Source of the DNA: Candidatus Poribacteria bacterium | Lineage (GTDB): Bacteria > Poribacteria > WGA-4E > WGA-3G | Reading direction: 5' to 3' | Length of the DNA: 64,000 nt | NCBI GenBank assembly: GCA_965198235.1 | Contig: OZ240248.1 | Location: 608,001-672,000, forward strand | Shown here: positions 8,324 to 18,068 of the stretch, one piece after another | Layout of the letters: every line of letters starts with the position of its first letter | How positions within the stretch are numbered: position 1 is the first letter of the stretch | Translations under genes and position numbers: made by a program | Notes under the pieces: generated by a model | Told to the model about the DNA's origin: nothing | The model's input: only the letters and a program-made list of their open reading frames with translations | Database searches by the model: none

Positions 8324-9286
8324 ATGACACATTCGGAAAAAAAGAACACTGCTCTTGAATACTGGCTGGCACTTGCCTCTGTTGAGGGACTCGGTAGCGT
8401 GCGGATTAGACGGCTGATAGCACGTTTCGGTAGCGTACAGGCAATTTTTGAAGCGGAACTCCCCGAAATCGCGCGGTTACCCTCCTTCAACCCCGTTCTC
8501 GCATCTCGTATACTCACAGTATCCGGTAACTTTCCGACCTTTCGCGAGAGACTCAGCGCTCTCGAAGATCAGGATGTCCGAGTGATGTGCCTTGAAGATC
8601 CAGACTATCCGGCACAGCTTAAAAACTTGCCCGATGCCCCAGGAATACTCTGCAGCGTCGGTATGTTAACCGAAATCGGCGATCGGTGTGTCTCGATTGT
8701 GGGGAGTCAGAATCCGAGCATAGAGGGGATTGAACTGACGCTTTCGCTGGCGACGCAACTTGCGCTCGCCGGATTTACGGTTGTCAGTGGGTTAGCAACT
8801 GGTATTGATACGTATGCACACTCCGGTGCGCTCGCGGGTATGGGAAAGACGATTGGCGTTGTCGGAACGGATCTCTCTTCCATCTATCCGGGACGGAATA
8901 ATCCACTCGCCGTGAAGATTTATGAGCATGGATGTCTGTTTTCGGAACATCCATTCCCGACAGCCCCCTCACCGGGCAACCTCGTGCAGAGAAATCGTAT
9001 TATCAGTGGGCTTTCTGTAGCAACGATTGTGATTGAGGCGCGAAAGGCCGGGGGTGCGATGCATACAGCACGGTATGCGCAGCGTCAGGACAGATCGGTA
9101 CTCGCCTGCCGCTGGGATACAGAGCACGCGCAGCGCGAGGGCCCCCAAGAGTTGATAGGGACAGGAGCATTTCCTTTCGCACCGACCGAGGTTGACAAAG
9201 TGATTGATGTGCTAACGCATCCAGAACGTCTTGAAACGTATGCGAGTGGAGCAACGAGTGAGCAGATGGGATTGTTTGAAGATTAG
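8324..9286 (+). CDS. dprA: DNA-processing protein DprA
   Basis: N-terminal HhH/SAM region, YPAQLKNLPDAP, VVSGLATGID..AH, RNRIISGLS, IEA...GAMHTA. Confidence 0.92.
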   Translation: MTHSEKKNTALEYWLALASVEGLGSVRIRRLIARFGSVQAIFEAELPEIARLPSFNPVLASRILTVSGNFPTFRERLSALEDQDVRVMCLEDPDYPAQLKNLPDAPGILCSVGMLTEIGDRCVSIVGSQNPSIEGIELTLSLATQLALAGFTVVSGLATGIDTYAHSGALAGMGKTIGVVGTDLSSIYPGRNNPLAVKIYEHGCLFSEHPFPTAPSPGNLVQRNRIISGLSVATIVIEARKAGGAMHTARYAQRQDRSVLACRWDTEHAQREGPQELIGTGAFPFAPTEVDKVIDVLTHPERLETYASGATSEQMGLFED

Positions 9287-9306
9287 CCGTCAGCCTATAA
9301 AAAAAA

Positions 9307-9463
9307 TTGCTTTTTTTTTCAATTTGTGATATACTATATAATGTCCTCAAACTTGATTTTGCGAGCACATGTACCATTTTTTTCTTGACAACGTTAAAAT
9401 TTATGGTAAATTTACGTTAGAATGAAGTTTTCTCTTGACAAAAGAGATTAATTTTCATATAAT
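9307..9463 (+). promoter_or_regulatory. Three tandem sigma70-like promoters
   Basis: TTGCTT-N17-TATACT (9307-9335), TTGACA-N16-TAAATT (9385-9412) and TTGACA-N17-TATAAT (9435-9463). Confidence 0.65.
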
Positions 9464-9538
9464 TTTGAGAAAGTCCGTAATTTTACCTTTACAAAGTTTG
9501 CAATTTTTGCTAAACTTTAAGGTACTCGTTTAGATATT

Positions 9539-9828
9539 GACTTTCGGGCGAGGGGTGCAACAATCCAATGGTGTTTTACTCTGTTAACTGCCCTCGCGGA
9601 ATTCTGTTCTCAACGTGTCGGTTTGTTCTTTACGCATTGCGGAAAGAGCAGCAAACGAAATAGCCTTACGTTATTTGACTTAACGAGAATATGATCATAG
9701 GTTTCAAGGGCGTTGTTGAATTGTACAATCAGCGACGTAACCGAAACCGACTTTCCCGAGTGCTTTTGCGAGTGTCTATGGGAAAGGACCGAAAGTTGTT
9801 AGGACACCCTATCCGAAGGGTGTATTTT
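9539..9828 (+). ncRNA. Candidate long structured leader or ncRNA
   Basis: Several nested complementary stems closed by 9540-9547/9789-9796, followed by hairpin 9804-9823 and ATTTT. Confidence 0.4.
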
Positions 9829-9860
9829 GATAAACTTTACAATTTAAGGAGTTAACTCTA

Positions 9861-10514
9861 ATGGCAAAATTGTTTAGAACCTTCGCTTTATTATTGGTGG
9901 CCTTGTTCACCCTTTCGCTGATGGTCGGCTGTGGTGGCGGCAATGGAGACGACAATGGCGACGTCCTACCAGCGAACTTCGTAAGCGCAGCTCCGCCGGG
10001 CGGCGAGATTGCTGCGAATGGGAGTATCACGGTTACCTTTGACAACGCACCAGCTGATGTCACGGTGAGTGCTGGTACTGTCACGGTTGCAGGCAAATCA
10101 GCGACTATCACAGGTCCTTTCACCCCTGGTCCGCTCTCATTGACGATCACTTGGGCTGATGGAACCCAGGCACTGAACTATACTGTCACCGCACCGGATA
10201 CCGATCCGCCCGCAGTCACTGGCGGCACCGTCAAAGATGGCGACAAAGATGTTGATCCCGAAGCTATCAACACCGACGGAAAGATCGAGATTGAGTTCAG
10301 TGAAGATGTCTCTGGTAACGTCGCCCTACAGACCGAAGGCGGCGACGATGTCGGTTGGCTTGGCAAAGTCGAAGGCAACAAAGGGATACTCGAAATCGTC
10401 AAAGGCAAAGAGATTGGCAACGAGACGACCTATGTTATTAAAGGCAAAGTCTCAGACGCTGCTGGTAACTCTGCTGATATCAGTGTAACCTTTGTAACCA
10501 AGGGTAAAGAGTAA
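9861..10514 (+). CDS. Lipoprotein with two Ig-like (Big_5/SbsA-like) domains
   Basis: Lipobox LMVG-C; ITVTFD and IEIEFSE beta-strand patterns; DAAGN motif; RBS AAGGAG. Confidence 0.7.
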   Translation: MAKLFRTFALLLVALFTLSLMVGCGGGNGDDNGDVLPANFVSAAPPGGEIAANGSITVTFDNAPADVTVSAGTVTVAGKSATITGPFTPGPLSLTITWADGTQALNYTVTAPDTDPPAVTGGTVKDGDKDVDPEAINTDGKIEIEFSEDVSGNVALQTEGGDDVGWLGKVEGNKGILEIVKGKEIGNETTYVIKGKVSDAAGNSADISVTFVTKGKE

Positions 10515-10532
10515 ATTTGAGGCTATTTCGAC

Positions 10533-10572
10533 AAAGAGGGCGGCGTATTTTCAATACGTTGCCCTTTTTTCT
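10533..10572 (+). terminator. Intrinsic terminator
   Basis: AGGGCGGCGTATT-TTC-AATACGTTGCCCT followed by a T-run. Confidence 0.75.
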
Positions 10573-10677
10573 GTTTCAGATATGTCTTTTGACAAAAACT
10601 TTACACACCCTGTTTTATTTTTCTTTACACAATTTTGGGATTAATGCTATAATAAAACCCGCGACTGGATAGACACT

Positions 10678-10702
10678 GTAGGAGCGATTTTCAAATCGCG
10701 AC
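10678..10702 (+). repeat. GTAG-type REP variant
   Basis: GTAGGAGCGATTTTCAAATCGCGA. Confidence 0.6.
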
Positions 10703-10796
10703 TTTTTTATAGGATTCACAAAAAACCGCAAACTGGATGCCTCCAGTTTCACAAAAGATTCTACTGAGCTGAAACTAAAATAAATATCATTTTTTT

Positions 10797-10825
10797 TGAA
10801 CGGTTTTCAAAAAGGCGTTGTCTAA
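10797..10825 (+). promoter_or_regulatory. Putative ECF-sigma (autoregulatory) promoter
   Basis: TGAAC...GTCTAA about 40 bp upstream of the ECF gene, resembling sigmaE-type GAAC/GTCT elements. Confidence 0.5.
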
Positions 10826-10863
10826 CCCATTAATCAGTTAGAAACCTGTAAGGAGAAAGTTCG

Positions 10864-11448
10864 GTGGAAAGAACTGAAGCCTTGCTCATTGCCGATCTTT
10901 GCGAAGGCGACGAGACAGCATTGGTGCCGTTGGTGGAAAAATATAAGCGGATGGTATACCGTCTCGCGATGCAGATTACCAAGAACCACGCCGATGCCGA
11001 CGATGTCATGCAAGAGACCTTTATCAAGGTGTACCGCTCGATTCGGACGTTCCGGAGGGATGCGGCTTTTGAGACGTGGCTCTACCGAATAGCCGTCAAT
11101 GAAGCACTGAACTTTGTCAAACGTAGAGAGCGTCAGCGAGAGTCTACACTTGAGACAGCATCGGAAGCGGAGTATGAGGCGACCACGCGATACCGCGCCC
11201 AGATCGCCAACGACCCGCATGCGCATGCTGAAAAAGCTGAACTGCGACACCATGTCACAGAGGCAGTCAATAGTCTCTCACTGAAACATCGGACAGTTGT
11301 TATCCTTCATGAATTTGAAGGCTTAACGCACGCGGAGATCGCTTCAATCCTAAATTGCTCCGAAGGCACAGTCCGCTCCCGCTTGCACTATGCGCGCAAA
11401 AAGCTCCGAACTTTGCTCAAACCGTACGTAGATGCGAGTAACGTTTAG
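10864..11448 (+). CDS. ECF-type RNA polymerase sigma factor
   Basis: DADDVMQETF, FETWLYRIAVN, EIASILNCSEGTVRSRLHYAR. Confidence 0.93.
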   Translation: MERTEALLIADLCEGDETALVPLVEKYKRMVYRLAMQITKNHADADDVMQETFIKVYRSIRTFRRDAAFETWLYRIAVNEALNFVKRRERQRESTLETASEAEYEATTRYRAQIANDPHAHAEKAELRHHVTEAVNSLSLKHRTVVILHEFEGLTHAEIASILNCSEGTVRSRLHYARKKLRTLLKPYVDASNV

Positions 11449-11541
11449 GTTTCGATTGAAAGGAAAATTTCGGTTCCCGAAATTAGTTGAGTTTCGTGGG
11501 TTTATAGACGTGTAGAACACACAATCTCGAGGAGAATATCA

Positions 11542-12537
11542 ATGAGATCGAAGTGTGACAAAATAGAACGCCTTTTATCTGACTATATAGATGGGACGCT
11601 TTCCAAACGGCAGAACAGCGTAGTCGCCTTGCATCTTCGCTCCTGTGGATCGTGCAAACGAGAAGTAGTAGACCTGAAGAAAACGAACCACCTCCTCGAA
11701 AACTTTTATGTTGAACCGGAGGCATCCGATGCCTATTACGCCCGGTTTACAACGCGATTTCAACAACGTATTGAACAGAGTGCACCAACTGCACTTCATC
11801 AACGGCTCTTTGCGGTCACTATGCGTCTTGGGTGGTATCTACTAACCCAACTCCATCGACGTATTGATCATTCCCGTTTGGGCGGGTTCCTCTCGATAAA
11901 ACAACACGCTTTCCCGTATTATATTCTCGGACTAACGCTGACGATGTTAGTTGTCGCGCCGCTTCTGCTAAACCAGGTTTCGCCACACGATGACGGTAAC
12001 CATGTGCTTGGACGCCTGTATGCAGCGGCGAAAATTCGGTTTTTCTCTGCCGATCTATCTGCCTCGGTCCAACCCACCGCAGCACTTGCTATCAAACAGG
12101 ATACGACTGGTACTCAACCTACGGGTATCCGTCGAAATGTCAGTAGTGGGCGCACGACAGAGACCCCCGCTATTAATTCAGGTTCCGATGTCTGGCTATT
12201 CACCGATGAACCGATGACGGAGGGATATATCTTCACCGCACTCCAAGAGAATGATTCTGATACAGTACCGAGTGTCGCGTTAGACATTGACTCGGAATTG
12301 CTCGCTTATGCCGAACTTCCGGTACAGGGAACATTCTGGGCACGTCTCACGGGTCGTGATGTATTAACCGAAAGTAGGTACGCACTCCTCTTGTTGCAGG
12401 GTATGGATGCAGGACAGCACGCACTCCAACAGTATGAGCGGAAGTGGAGCGGATTTAAAGGCTTTTCACAAAAATTGTTAGATGTACCGTTGGAAATATT
12501 GTCTATTCCAGAAGTCTACGATTCCAGAGAGTTGTAG
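11542..12537 (+). CDS. Zinc-binding (ZAS/zf-HC2) membrane anti-sigma factor
   Basis: LLSDYIDG...HLRSCGSC (HxxxCxxC), one TM helix, directly downstream of the ECF sigma gene. Confidence 0.8.
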   Translation: MRSKCDKIERLLSDYIDGTLSKRQNSVVALHLRSCGSCKREVVDLKKTNHLLENFYVEPEASDAYYARFTTRFQQRIEQSAPTALHQRLFAVTMRLGWYLLTQLHRRIDHSRLGGFLSIKQHAFPYYILGLTLTMLVVAPLLLNQVSPHDDGNHVLGRLYAAAKIRFFSADLSASVQPTAALAIKQDTTGTQPTGIRRNVSSGRTTETPAINSGSDVWLFTDEPMTEGYIFTALQENDSDTVPSVALDIDSELLAYAELPVQGTFWARLTGRDVLTESRYALLLLQGMDAGQHALQQYERKWSGFKGFSQKLLDVPLEILSIPEVYDSREL

Positions 12538-12665
12538 ACGGGCGTTATTATTCTATAGTAAAGTCGATAATTAAAGATCTTATCGAAAAGTGTTTGAAGT
12601 TAACTTAAGTATTTAATCTCGTGGGCGCGTTTTCAGCGTGCACGACGTAAACAAGGAGAATACGA

Positions 12666-15600
12666 ATGAACCCAAGGATTTTGGGCATTATTGGTGGTAT
12701 CGCCTTATTAGTTGCGCTCCTTTCACCTTTTATGATGGGTAGCTCCAAAAAGGTGGAGCAACTCTTCCAATCCGCTGAAGATTTGTATGGACAGGCGGAT
12801 TATGAGGGTGCAATTGGAAAGTATACTGAGGCGCTCGAAGAATCAACAAAACGTGGTGTGAAAACCGAAGTTATTGACAAGGATTTCGCGACCCTCGCGA
12901 ACTATAAGATCGCAGTGAGCTATTCCCGTCTTGCCGAACAATCAGGCGATGTGAATTATTACGATACCGCGATCGAGTACATTGAAAAGGTTGCCCCGAT
13001 AGCAACGATACCGAAACACCAAGAGGGGTTAACCTACCTCTGGGGACACATCCTCTATCGGACGGAGCAGTTTGAGTTGGCGGAGCCGAAGTTCACGCAG
13101 CTCATTGAGAACTTCCCGAACAGCCTTTTTGTCGAAAACGCTTGGTATGCTATCGGGCAGCTCAACTATAAACTGCAGAACTACGAGGACTCCCGACAGG
13201 CATTTAAAGCTGTTCTTGATGGTTTCCCAAATTCCGATTTTAAAGATGACGCACAACACCTGATCGCGCAGTCGTTCCTCAATGAATCCAACTACGAGCA
13301 GGCGTATCAGGAATTCGATAAGATCGCTACAGAGGCGTTCAAGAACTACCCGGATCTACAAGCCGAAGCGATGTATAAAGCCGCTTATAGCTTGAACCAA
13401 CTCGGTAGGGACGATGAGGCGATCGGTCGGTATACCAACTTCATCACGCAGTTCCCGGAAAGCCAATACGTCACGGCGGCATACTTCGACCAGGGCGCGA
13501 TTTACGCTCGTCAGAAGGACTATGACAACGCGCGCGTCAACTACGAATTGGCACTCCAAAACACTGCAGACCGCACACTCCAATCAGAAATTCAGTCTGC
13601 CATCGGACGTACCTACTTCGATCAAGGGGACTATGAAAACGCCATTGTTGCCTATAACACGCTCCTTGAAGAATACTCGGATAGCGACTTTATCGCCGAA
13701 GCGAAACTCGGTATTGCCGATAGCCATTTCCGCTTAGAGAATTGGAGTGAGGCGACTTCAGCGTATGAACGTGTTATCAACGAACACGAAGAAGCCACCG
13801 ATTTTGTTCCGTACTGCTCTTATCAGATTGGTGAAGCCTACTACAAACTCGGCAGCAATCAGGTAAAGGCTGGGGACGCTGAAACCGGAATGGCAACCCT
13901 TGAACTCGCACTGCAATGGTATCAAGAAACGGTTGACAACTATCCGCAGGATCCCGTCGCTCCACACGCGCTCTACGGCGCAATTTGGGCACTCAACGAT
14001 CTCGGACGCAAAGGCGAGTTGGAAACAATCGCACGCGAGTTTATTGAGAAAAACAAAAACGATAACGAGTTTGACATCCTCGCCGCTGAGGTACAGCTCC
14101 GGTTCGCCGACATCAAGCGGACAGAATTCAAACAGTACGTTGAAGCCGCTGAAGAATATGCGAAATTGTGGGATTACCGTCCACTACCGAAGTTCCATCT
14201 CGTCAAGTTGATGGGTAAATTCTTTGAGGGGCGTTCCTACTACGAAGCTGCCAAACCTGAAGGCTATCAGGAAGGCGAGGCAGACGTGAACTTCAATCAG
14301 GGCTACCTGCAGCAGTCTGTTTCGGCGTATCAGGAAGCAGTCGCTATGTTCACTGACGATGCCTTCCTCCCAGGTGTCGCCCAAGAACGTTACGATGACT
14401 TCAGTGAGCGTGTCGCTCAGGTGGAAGCGTGTATCATGAACGAAGCACTCTCCCACGAAATGCTCGGTGACTGGACGCAAGCACGCGACCGCTACGCATC
14501 TATTCCTGACACAAGTGAATACTACGAACGCGCACTCCTTCTCGTCGCCAACAGTCATGTCAAGGAAGGCGATAAAGAGGGTGCGATTAACTACTACAAT
14601 AGCATTTTAGACAAACTTGCCGATGCCGACAACCGTTCGTTGGCAGAGATTAAACTCGCTGACCTGCTCCGCGCGGAGGAGCGGTTTGAAGAAGCTGCCG
14701 CCCAGTATCAAGCTGTGGTTGAGGGGAATCCGACTGGTGAATACGCAGACGATGCACTTTATCTCGTCGGGCTTTGCTATTACCAAGCCGCTTCTGAGAA
14801 TCCAGCACTCTTGGAATCCTCCGAGACGGCGTTCAAACGCGTAATTTCCGAGTATGCCGATAGCCCCAACGCTGTTGAAGCGTATTACGGTTTGGCACTC
14901 GCCTATCGCGATACGGCACAAAAGCAGAGTGATGTCGAAAAATGGCCCCTCATCCTGCAACTCGCCGACGAAGCAAGCGATAAGTATGCATCCAGTGACA
15001 ATGAGCTCGTTCTCAAGACACTCGGACATATCGACTTGATTAAAGCCACCGCCATTGAAAACAGTGGTGAAGAAGTTGATATTGATGCGCTCGTGGCTTC
15101 GCTCAAGCGAATTGTCGATAACACAGGTGCTCCGGAAGAGGCACGCAGCCGTTCGCAACTGAAGATCGGGCACACTTACTATAGTGCGAAACGCTATGAT
15201 GAAGCACTTGCGGAGTATCTCCTCTTTGTGCAAACTTTCCCGAATAGCGAACTCGCACCGAATGCGCAGTACCAAGCAGCAGTCTGCCATTATCAGATCG
15301 CGCAAGCCGCGACGGATGCAGGCAGCAAGCAGTTGAGCCTGCAGAACGCTGTAAGTGCTGCGGAAAAAGTGACGACGCTGACGGATGATGCGGACAACCT
15401 CATCAGTGCTAACTACACTGCAGGTTTGGCGTTGCTCGGACTGGAGGACAATAGAGGTGCTGCAGACGCATTCAAAGCGGTTACAGCATTAGAGGGACAG
15501 ACCGAAAACGAGGCGCGCAAGTCGCTTATTTTCCAAGCACACTCCCGTCTTGCTGAACTCAACGGAACCCTCGGCGACCACGCCGCAGCGGTGCAAGAGT

Positions 15601-17369
15601 ATCAATACATTATTGAGAACACCGATGAGGCAGACATGAAGGGACGTTCCTACTTCGCAATGGCATTTGCCCAAGAGGAGCAATTGAAAACTTATCAGGA
15701 CGCATTGATGAGTTACCAAAACGCCATTGAGTTAATAGAAGACGAACTCGTCAAAGCGCAATCCTACTATCGGATGGGTTTGATTTATCAAGACCAGCTG
15801 AAACAGCCGTCTAAGGCGTTGGGAACCTTCCAAACCCTCATCGGAGAATATAGCGGTTCGGACAACGCGAATGTCGCCTCAATGGTGGCAGATGCTGGCA
15901 TCCGTCGCTCGACCCTCTACGTTGAATTGGGACGTTTGGATGAAGCAATCGTTGAAGCGATTGAAGCACTTGATCGGACGAAAGGCAATCCGAATGCGAG
16001 TGTGGCAGAGAAAGCCGCTGCGCAATACAACCTCGGTTTCCTCTATTCCGACAAAGCGCGTTCCCTCTTCTCCACAGAGGCAGGCACAGACCTGAAACCC
16101 TATATTGATGCGAGTCGGGATGCCGCAGGTACATTCTTTGAAGTCGCTTCGATCGCAGCACCGGTTGAAAAGGCGAATAAACAGAGGGTCATCCCGTATG
16201 TGCAGAATTCGCTGTTCCAAGCCGGTCAGATTTACTATTCTGTCGGGATTGGCATCAAACTTCAGGAAGACCTACTAAGTGCGTTGACACCGCTCACGAC
16301 GTTCGTGAGTTATATTGATAAGGGACTCTTCCCGAAATCGGATGCACTCCGTAAAAACACGGAAACCGCACTGAATTACACGGCCGCTGCGAACTTTGAG
16401 CTCGGGCGGATGCAAATAGGCCTTGACGGCGAGATGTCTGAAAAAGCGGTAAGTTATTTCATTGCCGCTGGCGATGTCTTCCGTGATATGGTGCGTCGTT
16501 ATCCGAGTGCTAACGATGCCGCTTTCTGGCAGTATCATGTCGGTGAATCCTACTACGCCGCGCAACAGTTTGAGAAAGCGATTGAAGAATACGAGAAGGT
16601 TCTCACTGTCAACAAGACCCACAAGAGTGCTGCTGAATCGTTGTATGCTATCTCGACATGTGCGCAGCTCCTCAGTGAAGCCGCCGAAAAGTCTGGCGAT
16701 GAGGACGCGAGACAGCGCTGGTATGACCAGCTCTTTGAGGTGAACAAAGTCCTCGCCGCTGAGTATCCGAACAGTCAGTACACTGCTGATGCGCTTATTA
16801 ATATCGGCAACAAGTACTACAACGCAGGCTCCGATGAAACTCTGGAGCAAGCGGAACGGATCCGTCTCTATCAGATGGCGATAGAGAACTACCAGAAAGC
16901 GATCAGTACGCCCGGTATCGGTGCGGAGTCGAAATTGACAGCACAAAGCTATCTCAACGACACTGCGAACGCTCTTGCTTTCTACGAGTATGAGCACGCA
17001 ACGGATCTGCTGAATGAATCGAAACTCGCGAGGGGTGACGAGCAGAAACCTGCTGTCGAAGCCGCTATCGCTGAGTACCAGAAGATCACTGAGGCGTATC
17101 CGGGGACCAAGTATGCAGACCTCGGTCTCGTGCAGATTGGTGAGGCATACATGGTGTTAGCTGATAGCGACGATGCGTATTTCAACGATGCGTTGGATTA
17201 CTTCAACCGTTTGTGGGCAAAATATGAGACAACGCCGCCTGTAGACATAAAGGTCAACCAGGCACTTACCTATGCAATCAGCCAGATCCAGACGATTCAA
17301 AGCTACATGCGGGCGAATAATCTGGAAATTCGTGGTACGACTGTTGGTGGTGGCGGCGGTGGCGAGTAA
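12666..17369 (+). CDS. Giant membrane-anchored TPR protein (BamD/CpoB-like repeats), 1567 aa
   Basis: N-terminal hydrophobic anchor; many repeats of the type F..LI..FP.S..A..A.Y. Confidence 0.85.
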   Translation: MNPRILGIIGGIALLVALLSPFMMGSSKKVEQLFQSAEDLYGQADYEGAIGKYTEALEESTKRGVKTEVIDKDFATLANYKIAVSYSRLAEQSGDVNYYDTAIEYIEKVAPIATIPKHQEGLTYLWGHILYRTEQFELAEPKFTQLIENFPNSLFVENAWYAIGQLNYKLQNYEDSRQAFKAVLDGFPNSDFKDDAQHLIAQSFLNESNYEQAYQEFDKIATEAFKNYPDLQAEAMYKAAYSLNQLGRDDEAIGRYTNFITQFPESQYVTAAYFDQGAIYARQKDYDNARVNYELALQNTADRTLQSEIQSAIGRTYFDQGDYENAIVAYNTLLEEYSDSDFIAEAKLGIADSHFRLENWSEATSAYERVINEHEEATDFVPYCSYQIGEAYYKLGSNQVKAGDAETGMATLELALQWYQETVDNYPQDPVAPHALYGAIWALNDLGRKGELETIAREFIEKNKNDNEFDILAAEVQLRFADIKRTEFKQYVEAAEEYAKLWDYRPLPKFHLVKLMGKFFEGRSYYEAAKPEGYQEGEADVNFNQGYLQQSVSAYQEAVAMFTDDAFLPGVAQERYDDFSERVAQVEACIMNEALSHEMLGDWTQARDRYASIPDTSEYYERALLLVANSHVKEGDKEGAINYYNSILDKLADADNRSLAEIKLADLLRAEERFEEAAAQYQAVVEGNPTGEYADDALYLVGLCYYQAASENPALLESSETAFKRVISEYADSPNAVEAYYGLALAYRDTAQKQSDVEKWPLILQLADEASDKYASSDNELVLKTLGHIDLIKATAIENSGEEVDIDALVASLKRIVDNTGAPEEARSRSQLKIGHTYYSAKRYDEALAEYLLFVQTFPNSELAPNAQYQAAVCHYQIAQAATDAGSKQLSLQNAVSAAEKVTTLTDDADNLISANYTAGLALLGLEDNRGAADAFKAVTALEGQTENEARKSLIFQAHSRLAELNGTLGDHAAAVQEYQYIIENTDEADMKGRSYFAMAFAQEEQLKTYQDALMSYQNAIELIEDELVKAQSYYRMGLIYQDQLKQPSKALGTFQTLIGEYSGSDNANVASMVADAGIRRSTLYVELGRLDEAIVEAIEALDRTKGNPNASVAEKAAAQYNLGFLYSDKARSLFSTEAGTDLKPYIDASRDAAGTFFEVASIAAPVEKANKQRVIPYVQNSLFQAGQIYYSVGIGIKLQEDLLSALTPLTTFVSYIDKGLFPKSDALRKNTETALNYTAAANFELGRMQIGLDGEMSEKAVSYFIAAGDVFRDMVRRYPSANDAAFWQYHVGESYYAAQQFEKAIEEYEKVLTVNKTHKSAAESLYAISTCAQLLSEAAEKSGDEDARQRWYDQLFEVNKVLAAEYPNSQYTADALINIGNKYYNAGSDETLEQAERIRLYQMAIENYQKAISTPGIGAESKLTAQSYLNDTANALAFYEYEHATDLLNESKLARGDEQKPAVEAAIAEYQKITEAYPGTKYADLGLVQIGEAYMVLADSDDAYFNDALDYFNRLWAKYETTPPVDIKVNQALTYAISQIQTIQSYMRANNLEIRGTTVGGGGGGE

Positions 17370-17423
17370 TTGCCACATTCTGTTCCCATAGCCTCGCTCC
17401 CCTGAGCGGGGCTTCCCTTGAAA

Positions 17424-17455
17424 GGAGGGTGCTGTCCGGCACCCTCCCCTTTTTA
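17424..17455 (+). terminator. Intrinsic terminator
   Basis: GGAGGGTGC-TGTCCG-GCACCCTCC followed by CCTTTTT. Confidence 0.7.
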
Positions 17456-17529
17456 TGCTAAGAAATTGCAAAATTATGTTCATAGTGCCCCCATTAAACC
17501 AAAACGGTAGCCTGCAACAACGGCGCAGG

Positions 17530-18009
17530 ACGCTCCTCGAAAACTATTGGCACGGTGAGAAGCGGAGTTATCATCACACTGTCTCAATGTCCCTTATCTA
17601 TGCATTGCGGGAAGCATTGCGCGTTGTTTTGGAAGAGGGGTTGGATGCCCGCTATAAACGGCATGTGCACAATGCCCGTGCCCTCCTCGCGGGGGCAAAA
17701 GCGATCAATCTGCAACCTGCAGCCGAAGAGGGCTACCGCGCACCGATGCTCACTACATTACGTATTCCTGACGGCATTGACGATGCGACGATTCGGAAAC
17801 GTCTAATTGCGGACTACGGCATAGAAATCGGTGCAGGTTTGGGTGTTTTTGCTGGAAAGGCGTGGCGAATTGGACTGATGGGTGAATCTTCAAACGAACG
17901 GAACGTTATGCTTGTCCTGAGTGCGTTAGAAAAGCTCCTCATTGAGTCAGGGCATAATGTGGAGCGTGGTGCAGCTGTTCACGCCGCATCGCAAGTCTAT
18001 TCAGCGTAA
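17530..18009 (+). pseudogene. C-terminal remnant of a class V alanine-glyoxylate/serine-pyruvate aminotransferase
   Basis: YW....RSYHHT, YALREAL....EEGL, IEIGAGLG...WRIGLMG are present; the N-terminal half with the PLP lysine is absent. Confidence 0.75.
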
Positions 18010-18039
18010 TGGCTATCAGCCGTCAGCGGTTAGAAACCG

Positions 18040-18062
18040 TCGCGAGTAAAACTCGCTCCTAC
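18040..18062 (-). repeat. GTAG-type REP between convergent genes
   Basis: TCGCGAGTAAAACTCGCTCCTAC, the reverse complement of a GTAGGAGCGAG...CTCGCGA core. Confidence 0.75.
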
Positions 18063-18068
18063 AGTTAC

